Shown piece by piece: positions 12,883-23,333 of a DNA stretch of 64,000 nucleotides. The notes under the pieces are model-generated. The model made no database searches. It was given only the letters and a program-made list of their open reading frames with translations, and had not been told where the DNA came from. Source of the stretch: Heptranchias perlo. Taxonomy: Eukaryota. How positions within the stretch are numbered: the stretch's first letter is position 1; every line of letters begins with the position of its first letter. The position numbers were made by a program, and so were the translations under genes. The stretch is taken from NCBI RefSeq assembly GCF_035084215.1, contig NC_090341.1, forward strand, positions 15,810,001 to 15,874,000, given 5' to 3'.

Positions 12883-15814
12883 ATTGTAAACAATTTTACA
12901 ACACCAAGTTATAGTCCAGCAATTTTATTTTAAATTCACAAGCTTTCGGAGATTTCCTCCTTCCTCAGGCAAATGTTTCAAGAGCTCCTTGAAGCCTACG
13001 CATTTATACATATTGAACAATACATGGTGTTTACAGACTGCCCCTGCAACTGCCCGTTGCCAAGGCAATCACCGTGTTCAGACAGAGAGGTGTCACCTGC
13101 AGAACCCCCGAATACACATTCAACAAAAAAACAAACAGGGAAAAAAAACAGAGAAAAAAAAAACACAGAGAGAGGCAGAAACATCCGGAAGGCAGAGAGA
13201 GCCAGCAAATGACCCATTATATTAAAAACAGATAACATTTGTTCGCTGGTGGGGTAACGTGTAGCGTGACATGAACCCAAGATCCCGGTTGAGGCCGTCC
13301 TCATGGGTGCTGAACTTGGCTATCAATTTCTGCTCGACGATTTTGCGTTGTCGTGTGTCTCGAAGGCCGCCTTGGAGTACGCTTACCCGAAGGTCGGTGG
13401 ATGAATGTCCATGACTGCTGAAGTGTTCCCCGACTGGGAGGGAACCCTCCTGTTTGGCGATTGTTGCGCGGTGTCCGTTCATCCGTTGTCGCAGCGTCTG
13501 CATGGTCTCGCCAATGTACCATGCTCTGGGGCATCCTTTCCTGCAACGTATGAGGTAGACAACGTTGGCCGAGTCACAGGAGTATGAACCATGCACCTGG
13601 TGGGTGGTGTCATCTCGTGTGATGGTGGTATCTGTGTCGATGATCTGGCATGTCTTGCAGAGGTTACCGTGGCAGGGTTGTGTGGCGTCGTGGACGCTGT
13701 TCTCTTGAAAGCTAGGTAGTTTGCTGCGAACGATGGTCTGTTTGAGGTTGGGTGGCTGTTTAAAGGCGAGTAGTGGAGGTGTGGGGATGGCCATAGCGAG
13801 GTGTTTGTCCTCATTGATGACATGTTGAAGGCTGCGGAGAACATGGCGTAGTTTCTCCGCTCCGGGGAAGTACTGGACGACAAAGGGTACTCTGTTGGTT
13901 GCGTCCCGTGTTAGTCTCCTGAGGAGGTCTATGCGATTTTTTGCTGTGGCCCGTCGGAACTGTCGATCGATGAGTCGAGCGTCATATCCCGTTCTTACTA
14001 GGGCGTCTTTCAGCGTCTGTAGGTGTCCATCGCGTTCCTCCTCGTCTGAGCAGACCCTGTGTATTCGCAGGGCCTGTCCATAGGGGATGGCCTCTTTGAC
14101 GTGGTTAGGGTGGAAGCTGGAAAAGTGGAGCATCGTGAGGTTGTCCGTGGGCTTGCGGTAGAGTGAGGTGCTGAGGTGCCCGTCTTTGATGGAGATTCGT
14201 GTGTCCAAGAAAGAAACTGATTCTGAGGAGTAGTCCATGGTGAGCTTGATGGTGGGATGGAACTTGTTGATGTTATCGTGTAGTCTCTTTAGTGATTCCT
14301 TGCCGTGGGTCCATAGAAAGAAAATGTCGTCGATGTATCTGGTGTATAGTGTTGGTTGGAGGTCTTGTGCAGTGAAGAAGTCCTGCTCGAACTTGTGCAT
14401 GAAAATGTTGGCGTATTGGGGTGCGAATTTGGTCCCCATGGCTGTTCCGTGTGTTTGGGTAAAGAACTGGTTATCGAAGGTGAAGACATTGTGATCCAGG
14501 ATGAAGCAGATGAGTTGTAGGATGGCTTCCGGAGATTGGCTGTTGTTGGTGTTGAGTATTGATGCTGTCGCAGCGATGCCGTCATCGTGGGGGATACTGG
14601 TGTATAGTGCCGAGACGTCCATCGTGGTGAGAAGTGTTCCTGGTTCAACTGGTCCGTGGGTACTGAGTTTTTGTAGGAAGTCTGTAGTGTCACGACAGAA
14701 GCTGGGGGTTCCCTGTACGATGGGTTTCAGGATGCCCTCGATGTATCCAGAGAGGTTCTCACACAGGGTTCCGTTGCCTGATACGATGGGACGTCCGGGT
14801 GTGTTGGCTTTGTGTATCTTTGGGAGGCAGTAGAAGTCTCCCACGCGGGGATTACGTGGGATGAGAATGCGTAGGATGCTTTGAAGGTCTGGATCGAAGG
14901 TCTTGATCAGTTTGTTGAGCTGGTGGGTGTGTTCTTTGGTCGGATCTGCGGGTAACCGTCTGTAGTGTTCCTGGTTGTCCAGTTGTCGGTATGCTTCTTT
15001 GCAATAGTCTGTTCTGTTCTGTATGACTATGGCTCCTCCTTTGTCCGCTGGTTTGATGACGATGTTGCGGTTGGTCTTGAGAGCGTTGATGGCGTTGCGT
15101 TGTGCTCGGGTGACATTCTGGACTGTCTTCTGAGTGCGGCTGATGAATCTGGCATTGACGCATTTCCTGACAGCTTGAGCATACATGTCCAGCTGAGGGC
15201 AGCGACCCTCCGGAGGAGTCCAGTTTGACTCTTTCCTCTTCGGTTGCTGTACCGCGGATCCCTCTGTCTGCTGTTCCGGATCGTCGATTGTCTCATTGGG
15301 TTCGCTGCTGAAATCTTGGGGTTTGTGGTAGAATTCCCGGAGCCTCATTCTCCTGATGAATTCCTCTGTGTCCGCCGCGAGACTAGTGGGGTCCATTTTG
15401 GTAGTGGGGCAGAAATTGAGCCCTCGGCTGAGAACTTCGATTTCGTCTGGTTGAAGGGTGTGGTCGGATAAATTGACAATAGACTTCCCTGTGGTTGCAA
15501 CCGTGGTACCAGGGGAAGCTTGGTCGTTGCTGGTGGTGATGCCGAGTTTCTCAAGCTTCCTGCTCTTGGTTTTCATGTAGGCAGCGTAGTTCCATTGCCT
15601 CGTCTGTTTGGCGGTATAACGTAGCTGGTCTGCTGTGTCCTGAGTACAGGTTGAGAGTATGGACTCTATCTTGGTTTCGAGGTTGTGGCGTCTGCTGTAG
15701 AGTTGGTGTATGAGATGGTTGCGGAGTGTGCGAGAGGTACGGCGGCAGAGTCTCTCAGCGTAATCCGAGTTGTATGTGGACTTGAGTGGGTTCGTGATCT
15801 GGAGTCCTTTCGGG
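12883..15814 (-). mobile_element. Penelope-like element (Neptune-type), 5'-truncated, young
   Basis: Flanked by 11-bp duplication ATGTGTTTACA (12872, 15815); long open ORF plus 3'UTR containing a hammerhead. Confidence 0.95.
12935..12973 (-). ncRNA. Minimal type I hammerhead ribozyme (PLE 3'UTR)
   Basis: UUUGC CUGAGGA A GGAG-GAAAU-CUCC GAAA GCUU GUGAA. Confidence 0.85.
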
Positions 15815-15831
15815 ATGTGTTTACAGCCCAA
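13222..15831 (-). CDS. PLE reverse transcriptase + GIY-YIG endonuclease (first codons host-derived, native start missing)
   Basis: YCLPKIHK, MDVSALYTSI, GTAMG, RYIDD, YRKPT RT motifs; CHGNLCKTC Zn-finger-like linker; VVYLIRC...WYIGET...RMNGH...GLN GIY-YIG; no stops in 869 codons. Confidence 0.95.
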   Translation of the reverse strand: MGCKHIPKGLQITNPLKSTYNSDYAERLCRRTSRTLRNHLIHQLYSRRHNLETKIESILSTCTQDTADQLRYTAKQTRQWNYAAYMKTKSRKLEKLGITTSNDQASPGTTVATTGKSIVNLSDHTLQPDEIEVLSRGLNFCPTTKMDPTSLAADTEEFIRRMRLREFYHKPQDFSSEPNETIDDPEQQTEGSAVQQPKRKESNWTPPEGRCPQLDMYAQAVRKCVNARFISRTQKTVQNVTRAQRNAINALKTNRNIVIKPADKGGAIVIQNRTDYCKEAYRQLDNQEHYRRLPADPTKEHTHQLNKLIKTFDPDLQSILRILIPRNPRVGDFYCLPKIHKANTPGRPIVSGNGTLCENLSGYIEGILKPIVQGTPSFCRDTTDFLQKLSTHGPVEPGTLLTTMDVSALYTSIPHDDGIAATASILNTNNSQSPEAILQLICFILDHNVFTFDNQFFTQTHGTAMGTKFAPQYANIFMHKFEQDFFTAQDLQPTLYTRYIDDIFFLWTHGKESLKRLHDNINKFHPTIKLTMDYSSESVSFLDTRISIKDGHLSTSLYRKPTDNLTMLHFSSFHPNHVKEAIPYGQALRIHRVCSDEEERDGHLQTLKDALVRTGYDARLIDRQFRRATAKNRIDLLRRLTRDATNRVPFVVQYFPGAEKLRHVLRSLQHVINEDKHLAMAIPTPPLLAFKQPPNLKQTIVRSKLPSFQENSVHDATQPCHGNLCKTCQIIDTDTTITRDDTTHQVHGSYSCDSANVVYLIRCRKGCPRAWYIGETMQTLRQRMNGHRATIAKQEGSLPVGEHFSSHGHSSTDLRVSVLQGGLRDTRQRKIVEQKLIAKFSTHEDGLNRDLGFMSRYTLPHQRTNVICF

Positions 15832-15862
15832 CGAGGAAGGAAGCAGTGCTGTATCTAGTTAT

Positions 15863-16121
15863 TGTAAACAATTTTACAACACCAAGTTATAGTCCAGCAA
15901 TTTTATTTTAAATTCACAAGCTTTCGGAGGCTTCCTCCTTCGTCAGGTAAATGTTCAGGAGCTCCTTGAAGTCTACCTGAAGGAGCTCCTGAACATTTAC
16001 CTGACGAAGGAGGAAGCCTCCGAAAGCTTGTGAATTTAAAATAAAATTGCTGGACTATAACTTGGTGTTGTAAAATTGTTTACAATTGTCAACCCCAGTC
16101 CATCACCGGCATCTCCACATC
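15863..16121. mobile_element. PLE-derived hairpin element
   Basis: 105-bp inverted arms (15863-15967 / 15980-16084), 37-nt tail ending CTCCACATC, 12-bp TSD GTATCTAGTTAT. Confidence 0.95.
15996..16034 (+). ncRNA. Minimal type I hammerhead (mirror copy on - strand at 15913-15951)
   Basis: UUUAC CUGACGA A GGAGG-AAG-CCUCC GAAA GCUU GUGAA. Confidence 0.85.
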
Positions 16122-17701
16122 GTATCTAGTTATGGGGAATTAAGTGGAGCATATTTCAATGGGGGAGTATTTGGAGAATAGTGATCATAATATCATCAGG
16201 TTTAGAATAGTTATGGAAAAGGACAAGGAACAATCAAGCGTAAAAATAACTTCAGTGAGTTAAAAAGGGATCTTGCCCAGGTGGATTGGAATCAATAATT
16301 GGTAGGCAAAACAGTAATTGAACAATGGGAGGCCTTCAAACAGAAGATGGTTTGGGTACAGAGTAGACACAGTCCCACGAAGGGGAAAGGAAGGGCATCC
16401 AAAGCTAGAGCTCCCTGGATGACCAAAGATATAGAGATTAAAATTAAACAGAAAAAGGAGCTTATGACAGATATACGGTTCATAATACAGTAGAGAACCA
16501 AGCTAAATACAGAGCAGATCTAAAAAAGGAATAAGATTGGCAAAGACAGAGTATAAGAATAGTTTGTTGGCTAACATAAAAGGGAACCCAAAAGTCTTTT
16601 ATAAACATATATATAAATAGTAAAAGGGTAGTCAAAGGAAGGGTGGGGCTGATTAGGGACAAAAAAGATCTTCTTGTGGAGGCAGAGGGTATGGCTGAGG
16701 TACTAAATGAATACTTTGCATCGGTCTTCACTAGAGAAGAGGATGCTGCAAATGTAACAGTAAAGGAGGACGTAGTAGCGATATTGGATAGGATAAAAAT
16801 AGATAAAGAAGAGGTACTTAAAAGATTGACAGTACTCAAAGTGGAAAAGTCAACCTGTCCAGATGGGATGCACCTAGGTTACTGAGGGAAGTAAGGGCGG
16901 AAATTGCGGAGGCTCTGGCCACAGTCTTCCATTCCTCCTTCAGATATGGGGGCAGTGCCAGAGGACTGGAGGATTGGAAATGTTACACCTCGGTTCATAA
17001 AAGGAGAGCGGGATAAACCTGACAATTACAGGCTAGTCAGCCTAATGTAGGGAAACTTTTAGAGATAATAATCCAGGACAAAATTAATTGGCACTTGGAA
17101 AAATGTGGGCTGATAAATGAAAATCAGCATGGATTTGTTAAAGGAAAATCATATTAGACTGACTTGATTGAGTTCTTTGATGAAGTAACAGAGATGGTTG
17201 ATGAAGGTAATATGGTTGATATGTATATGGACTTTCAAAAGGCATTTGATAAAGTACCACATAATAGACTTGTTAGCAAAATTAAAGCCCATGGAATTAA
17301 AGGGTCAGTTGCAGCATGGATACAAATTTGGCTAAGGGCCAAAAAGCAGAGAGTAGTGGTGAACGGTTGTTTCTCAGACTTTTCAGTGGTGTTCCCTAGG
17401 GGTTGGTATAAGGACCACTGCTCTTTTTGACATATATTAATGACCTGGACTTTGGTATAGAGGGTATAATTTCAAAGCTTGCAGATGACACGAAACTCGG
17501 AAATGTCATAAACAGTGGGGAGGATGGTGACAGACATTAGGAGGATATAGACAGACTGGTGAAATGGCAGATGAAATTCAGAGAAGTCTGAAGTGATACA
17601 TTTTGGTAGGAAAAATTAGGAAATGCAATATAAACTAAATGGTACAATTTTAAAGGGAGTGCGGGAACTTTGAATACTTTGCGCCTGTCTTCACAAAAGA
17701 A

Positions 17702-18333
17702 TTGTAAACAATTTTACAACACCAAGTTATAGTCCAGCAATTTTATTTTAAATTCACAAGCTTTCGGAGGCTTCCTCCTTCGTCAGGTGAACGATGTGAA
17801 AATGAAAACCTCGAAATGAAATCGCATTTATAATTCACAGAACAATGCTTGGTGAGTACAGACAGTTTTTTCAACTGCCCGTTGCCAAAGCAATCAGTGT
17901 GCAGACAGACAGGTGTTACCTGCCAGGTCTCACAGAATATACAAATCACCAAAAAAAAAACAACAAACAAAAAAAAACAGAGATAGAGAGGTAGAAACAT
18001 ATGTTTCTACCTCTCTATCTCTTTTTTTTTGTTTGTTGTTTTTTTTTTGGTGATTTGTATATTCTGTGAGACCTGGCAGGTAACACCTGTCTGTCTGCAC
18101 ACTGATTGCCTTGGCAACGGGCAGTTGAAAAAACTGTCTGTACTCACCAAGCATTGTTCTGTGAATTATAAATGCGATTTCATTTCGAGGTTTTCATTTT
18201 CACATCGTTCACCTGACGAAGGAGGAAGCCTCCGAAAGCTTGTGAATTTAAAATAAAATTGCTGGACTATAACTTGGTGTTGTAAAATTGTTTACAATTG
18301 TCAACCCCAGTCCATCACCGGCATCTCCACATC
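17702..18333. mobile_element. Large PLE-derived palindrome
   Basis: ~300-bp arms with no spacer (centre GAAACAT|ATGTTTC, 18000/18001), 36-nt tail, TSD (TC)TTCACAAAAGAA. Confidence 0.95.
18208..18246 (+). ncRNA. Minimal type I hammerhead (mirror copy on - strand at 17753-17791)
   Basis: UUCAC CUGACGA A GGAGG-AAG-CCUCC GAAA GCUU GUGAA. Confidence 0.88.
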
Positions 18334-18502
18334 TTCACAAAAGAAGGGGACGATGCAGACATTGTAGTTAAGGAGGAGGAGTGTGAAATATTGGATGGGA
18401 TAAACATAGTAAGAGAGGAAGTAGTAAAGGGTTTAGCATTTTTGAAAGTAGATAAATCGTCAGGCCCGGATGAAATGTATCCCAAGCTGTTAAGAGAAGC
18501 AT

Positions 18503-18759
18503 GATGTGGAGATGCCGGTGATGGACTGGGGTTGACAATTGTAAACAATTTTACAACACCAAGTTATAGTCCAGCAATTTTATTTTAAATTTCTAATGAT
18601 TTAGACTTAAATGTAGGGGACATGATTAAGAAATTTGAAGATGATACTAAAATTGGCCGTGTGGTTGACAGTGAGGAGGAAAGCTGTAGACTGCAGGAAG
18701 AGATCAGTGGACTGGTCAGGTGGGCAGAAAAGTGGCAAATGGAATTCAGTCCTGAATTT
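18503..18759. mobile_element. Chimeric insertion: PLE 3' end (~89 bp, - strand) + 162-bp copy of 19328-19489
   Basis: Direct sequence comparison; AAGCA at both flanks (18497, 18760). Confidence 0.9.
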
Positions 18760-20867
18760 AAGCAAGGGAGGAAATGGCAGAGGTTCTGACCATCATTTTC
18801 CAATCCTCCCTGGCTACAGGCATGGTGCTGGATGATTGGAGGACTGCTAACATTGTACTGTTGTTTAAAAAGGGAGAAAGGGATAGACCGAGTAATTACA
18901 GGCCAGTCAGCCTAACCTCGGTGGTGGACAAATTATTGGAAAAAATTCTGAGGGACAGTATTAATCGTCATTTAGAAAGACACGGATTAATCAAAGACAG
19001 TCAGCATGGGTTTGTTAAGGGAAGGTTGTGTCTGACTAATTTGATTTAATTTTTTGAGGAGGTAACAAGGAGCGTCAATGAGGGTAGCGCGTTTGATGTC
19101 GTCTACATGGATTTTAGCAAGGCTTTTGACAAGGTCCCACATGGCAGACTGGTTGAAAAGGTGAAAGCCCATGGGATCAAAGGGAAAGTGGCAAGTTGGA
19201 TCCAAAATTGGCTCATTGGCAGGAAGCAAAGGTTAATGGTCGACGGGTGTTTTTGTGACTGGAAGGCTGTTTCCATTGGGGTTCCGCAGGGTTCAGTATT
19301 AGGTCCCTTGCTTTTTGTGGTATATATTAATGATTTAGACTTAAATGTAGGGGACATGATTAAGAAATTTGAAGATGATACAAAAATTGGCCGTGTGGTT
19401 GACAGTGAGGAGGAAAGCTGTAGACTGCAGGAAGAGATCAGTGGACTGGTCAGGTGGGCAGAAAAGTGGCAAATGGAATTCAGTCCTGAGAAGTGTACGG
19501 TAATATATTTGGGGAGGGCAACCAAGGCAAGGAGCCACACAATAAATGAGAGGATACTGAGAGATGTAGAGGAACAGAGGGACCTTGGAGTGCATGTCCA
19601 CAGATCCCTGAAGGTAGCAGGACAGATAGATAAGGTGGTTAAGAAGGCATTCTAGCCGAGGCATAGAATATAAAAGCAGGGAGGTTATGCTAGAACTGTA
19701 TAAAATACTAGATAGGCCACAGCTTGAGTACTGTGTATAGTTCTGGCCACCACATTACAGGAAGGGTGTGATTGCACTAGAGAGGGTGCAGTGGAGATTT
19801 ACGAGGATGTTGCCAGGATTGAAGAATTTTAACTATGAGGAAAGATTGGATAGGCTGGGAATGTTTTCTTTGGAACAAAGGAGGCTGAGGGGAGATTTAA
19901 TTGAGGTGTATAAAATTATGAGAGGCCAAGATAGAGTGGATAGGAAGGACCTATTTCTCTTAGCAGAAAGGTCAATAACCAGGGGGCCTAGATTTAAAGT
20001 AATTGGTAGAAGGATTAGAGGGGAGCCGAAGAGAACCTTTTTTATCCAGAGGGTGGTAGAGGTGTGGAACTCACTGCTTGAATGGGTGATAAAGGCAGAA
20101 ACCCTCATCACATTTAGAAAGTACTTGGATATGCACTTGAAGTGCCACAACCTACAAGACTACAGACCAAGTGCTGGAAAGTTGGATTAGGCATGATAGC
20201 TCTTTTATGGGCCAAATGGTCTCCTTCTGTGCTGTAAATTTTCATGGTTCTATGATTCTATGAGGAACAGAGAGACCTGGGAGTGTACATACACAAATCT
20301 TTGAAGGTGGCAGGACAAGTTGAGAAAGGTGTTAAAAAAGCAAATGGGATCCTTGGCTTTATTAACAGAGGCATAGAGTACAAAAGCAAGGAAGTTTTAC
20401 TAAACCTTTAATAAAACACTGGTTAGGCCTCAGCTAGAGCATTGTGTTCAATTCTGGGCACCACACTTTAGGAAGGATGTCAAGGCCTTAGAGAGGATGC
20501 AGAAGAGATTTACTGGAATGGCACCAGGGATGAGGGACTTCAGTTATGTGGAAAGACTGGAGAAGCTGGGGTTGTTCTCCTTAGAGCAGAGAAGGTTAAG
20601 AGGAGATTTGATAGAGGTGTTCAAAATCATGAATGGTTCTAATAAAGTAAATAAGGAGAAACTGTTTCCAGTAGCAGAAGGGTCGGTAACCAGAGGACAC
20701 AGATTTAAGGTGATTGGCAACTGAGGCGACATGAGAAAACTTTTTTTTTAAGCAGCGCGTTATTATGATCTGGAATGCACTGCCTTAAAGGGTGGTGGAA
20801 GCAGATTCAGTAGTAAGTTCAAAAGGAATTGGATAAATATTTGAAGGGAAAAAAATTAAAGGGCGTT

Positions 20868-21660
20868 GCACCCCTATGCACTATACACTTGATGTATAGT
20901 GCAACAGAGATCAATGACCACATTCCCAATGAGATGCAAAATAAAATCTGCAATCAAGTTAAAGAAGTTCAAAGTAAAATAATTGATAAATTTACATCTG
21001 AGCAACAAATGTAATTTAGTGATACATCTTTGTGACAACAAGAAAAGAATGATCCTCATTACATGTTCTTGAATCTATTGGATGAAGTGAAAAGTTTCAA
21101 TCATTTTCAGACATTTATCCATTAACTATTCATTCCATATAGCTATTCAGTACTCAACCAAAAAGAATTGTTAGAATGTGGTCAAGACCTGGATTTACAA
21201 TTAAATAAAATTGGATGTATATTAGGAACCAGATGGGTTGCAAATTCATACAGGATGGTGTGTACTGTACAAAATAACTCTGAGGTGCTTTCTGCTTATT
21301 CCCTTGTTGCTTCAAAAGATGAGAAAAGACAAAGGGGAAACTGAGCTATGAATTCATCCAGGATTTAGGCATATTGTGTGACGTTCTTTATGAATGATCT
21401 CTGCTTTAAGGGTTATTGCACAAGCAAGGTATCACACTTATATATGTAGAGAAGCTACTGAGATGTGCAACATAAACCATAGAGATTATGAAGAAAAAAC
21501 CTGGCAGAAGGATACTGGAAGTGAATGAAGACTTCAGAGCACATAAGAAAGTCCAATGAAAAGTGTCTCTATAGTCTAATATCTAATAGAAGGCATGTTA
21601 GCTTCAACCACCGGTAGTTTTTCTCCAGCTTGATAAACTACATGAAAGATTAATTATTCG
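20868..21660 (+). mobile_element. Decayed hAT transposase fragment (KIAA1586/ZNF862-like)
   Basis: Manual translation near 21160-21257 gives NQKELLECGQDLDLQLNKIGCILGTRWVANSYR, with the hAT 'TRW' motif. Confidence 0.55.
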
Positions 21661-22653
21661 CCATTCTTTCACCACACCAAGAAGATCATGGGGACAGTGA
21701 ACATCAGGGTTCAATTCTCTTACTGCTTTCTCTTTCTCCTCAAAATCTAATTTTTTGATCCTGCATTTGGCCAGCCCTCTTAATATTTGTATTACCTCTC
21801 TGTGTTCTTCTATGTTTTATTACATTGAAGTACTTTACAAATGTAAGTTGTTGTGAAACAAGTTTGCCTCTTTGGGGCAGTACCCACAAATTATGCAATA
21901 AGAAGGGCTATGGCAGAAAGTCTGGACGCTATCATTTTGCCCATATAGACGGACTAAATTTCAAGGCACTCTTGAGTGTACCTCTGTAACTTTATATCTT
22001 AACCACCTGCCCTAGTTTATCGAAGTTAGTCTTTATCTGATTTTCCTGGTGTGTTTTGCTGTGCATTAGCCATGCTTCATGGCAACCAATGGTCAGCTTT
22101 TGACCTCATCCTGTTGTCTTGAGCTTCTTGAATTCTGTCTCCTCTTGGCTTTATCCTCTTTATCTATCTTTTTCTTTTGCCCTTTTGTACTAGTTCTTGT
22201 TTTCTCACAGATGAAGGTTGTGTGTAACTGCCTAGTTTAAGAGGAATATCTTTCTCTATGTACTTTGAGACTGATAGGAAATATCATCAATGCCAAGCTG
22301 AAATATGGGTTTATTAAATATCTATATCCCATGTGCATAACGTATTAAATGGACTGGAGGATTTAAGATGTGTGGATAGCCAGTATAACTAGTATTGCAA
22401 AACTAGAAGTGATACATAGAATCCTTCTGATGCTTGCGAGAGAAACTATCCATAGTGATAAACATTTTTTAGATTTTAAGCTCAAATCTATTTAAGTTCA
22501 GAGTCAATTCTTTGCATTAGGATCAAGATAATTCATTCCAATAGGACATAAATAATAAACAGCATGATTCCTAACCCGCACTTGAATAACTTTCATGTAA
22601 CAGAAAAATTGTATTCTGTCCTCCAAGTTAAGCTGTGACTTCGGATATTTAAA

Positions 22654-22884
22654 CCAGTGGCTCTCAATCTTTTCTGCGTGGGGCCCTCTAACTTTTGACG
22701 CTCTCCTGAGGATCCACACTTCCAAAATTCTGCTTCAGCAACTCAAAGAAAAACAATGCTATGACTCTAGAAAATGTTTTTTTTATTATTATTAGTATGT
22801 AACAATAGAAATAGCATGTAGAATTCTGATGCCCTCACGGACCCCCTAAAGTTCCCTTGGGGATCGCCAGTTTGAAAACCTATG
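22654..22884. mobile_element. hAT/Charlie-like MITE
   Basis: Imperfect TIRs CAGTGGCTCTCAA ... TTGAAAACCTATG. Confidence 0.55.
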
Positions 22885-23191
22885 ATTTTAAGCTGGTCAA
22901 ACTACATTCTTATGTTTCTGCTCCTGTACTTTGAACCATTGCCATTATATCTCTCACAATACACCTCTATTAACTGTCTGAAGTTCGACACTTACCTGCA
23001 GAAACTTAATTTCCAGTAGTATATTTGGGATTGGCCTAGATGTCTACTGAAAAGCACTTGAGTTGGGAAAAAGTCAGAATCAGCAGAATACTCAAGTGAT
23101 ATAGCCTTTTTCGAGCTCAAGCACCTTGCAATTTACTATTATATAAATGAGGAAGGGAGAGGAAGTACTCAATAATGAAATATTGCTCCCT

Positions 23192-23333
23192 AGGGGTTAT
23201 GGGGAGCGGGCAGGAAATTGGATATGAATTTAGATTTGAGGTTAGGATCAGATCAGCCATGATCTTATTGAATGGCGGAGCAGGCTCGAGGGGCCGATTG
23301 GCCTACTCCTGCTCCTATTTCTTATGTTCTTAT
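23192..23333 (+). mobile_element. CR1 3'-end fragment
   Basis: ggagcaggctcgaggggccga...cctactcctgctcct...ttcttatg tail; similar short tails at ~49395, ~50980, ~51945. Confidence 0.75.

Larger units (their letters stand above)
17669..20263 (+). mobile_element. Second, 5'-truncated CR1 nested in the first
   Basis: RT ORFs 18774-20190 (YRPVSLTS, DFSKAFDKVPH, GVPQGSVLGP); TTCTATGA-repeat tail; GGAAC duplicated at the junctions. Confidence 0.85.
12013..20866 (+). mobile_element. CR1 LINE hosting nested PLE and CR1 insertions
   Basis: ORF1 end, EN ORF 12341-12868 (NARS, AITETWL, GDFNYP), RT fragments 16643-17430 and 20497-20724; sequence is continuous across the insertions. Confidence 0.9.

Noticed and set aside
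12973-13304. Short ORFs repeated at 46998-47306 and at 17743/18029 as a small gene family
   Set aside because: They are chance frames in the PLE 3'UTR and the palindrome arms, with homopolymer indels between copies.
15815-15831. TTG start of the 869-aa ORF as the true PLE start
   Set aside because: It lies in the host CR1/TSD; the element is 5'-truncated.
15863-18333. Hairpins as DNA-transposon MITEs or CRISPR-like repeats
   Set aside because: Asymmetric tail, variable centres and identity to the PLE 3'UTR; no repeat-spacer array, and the context is eukaryotic.
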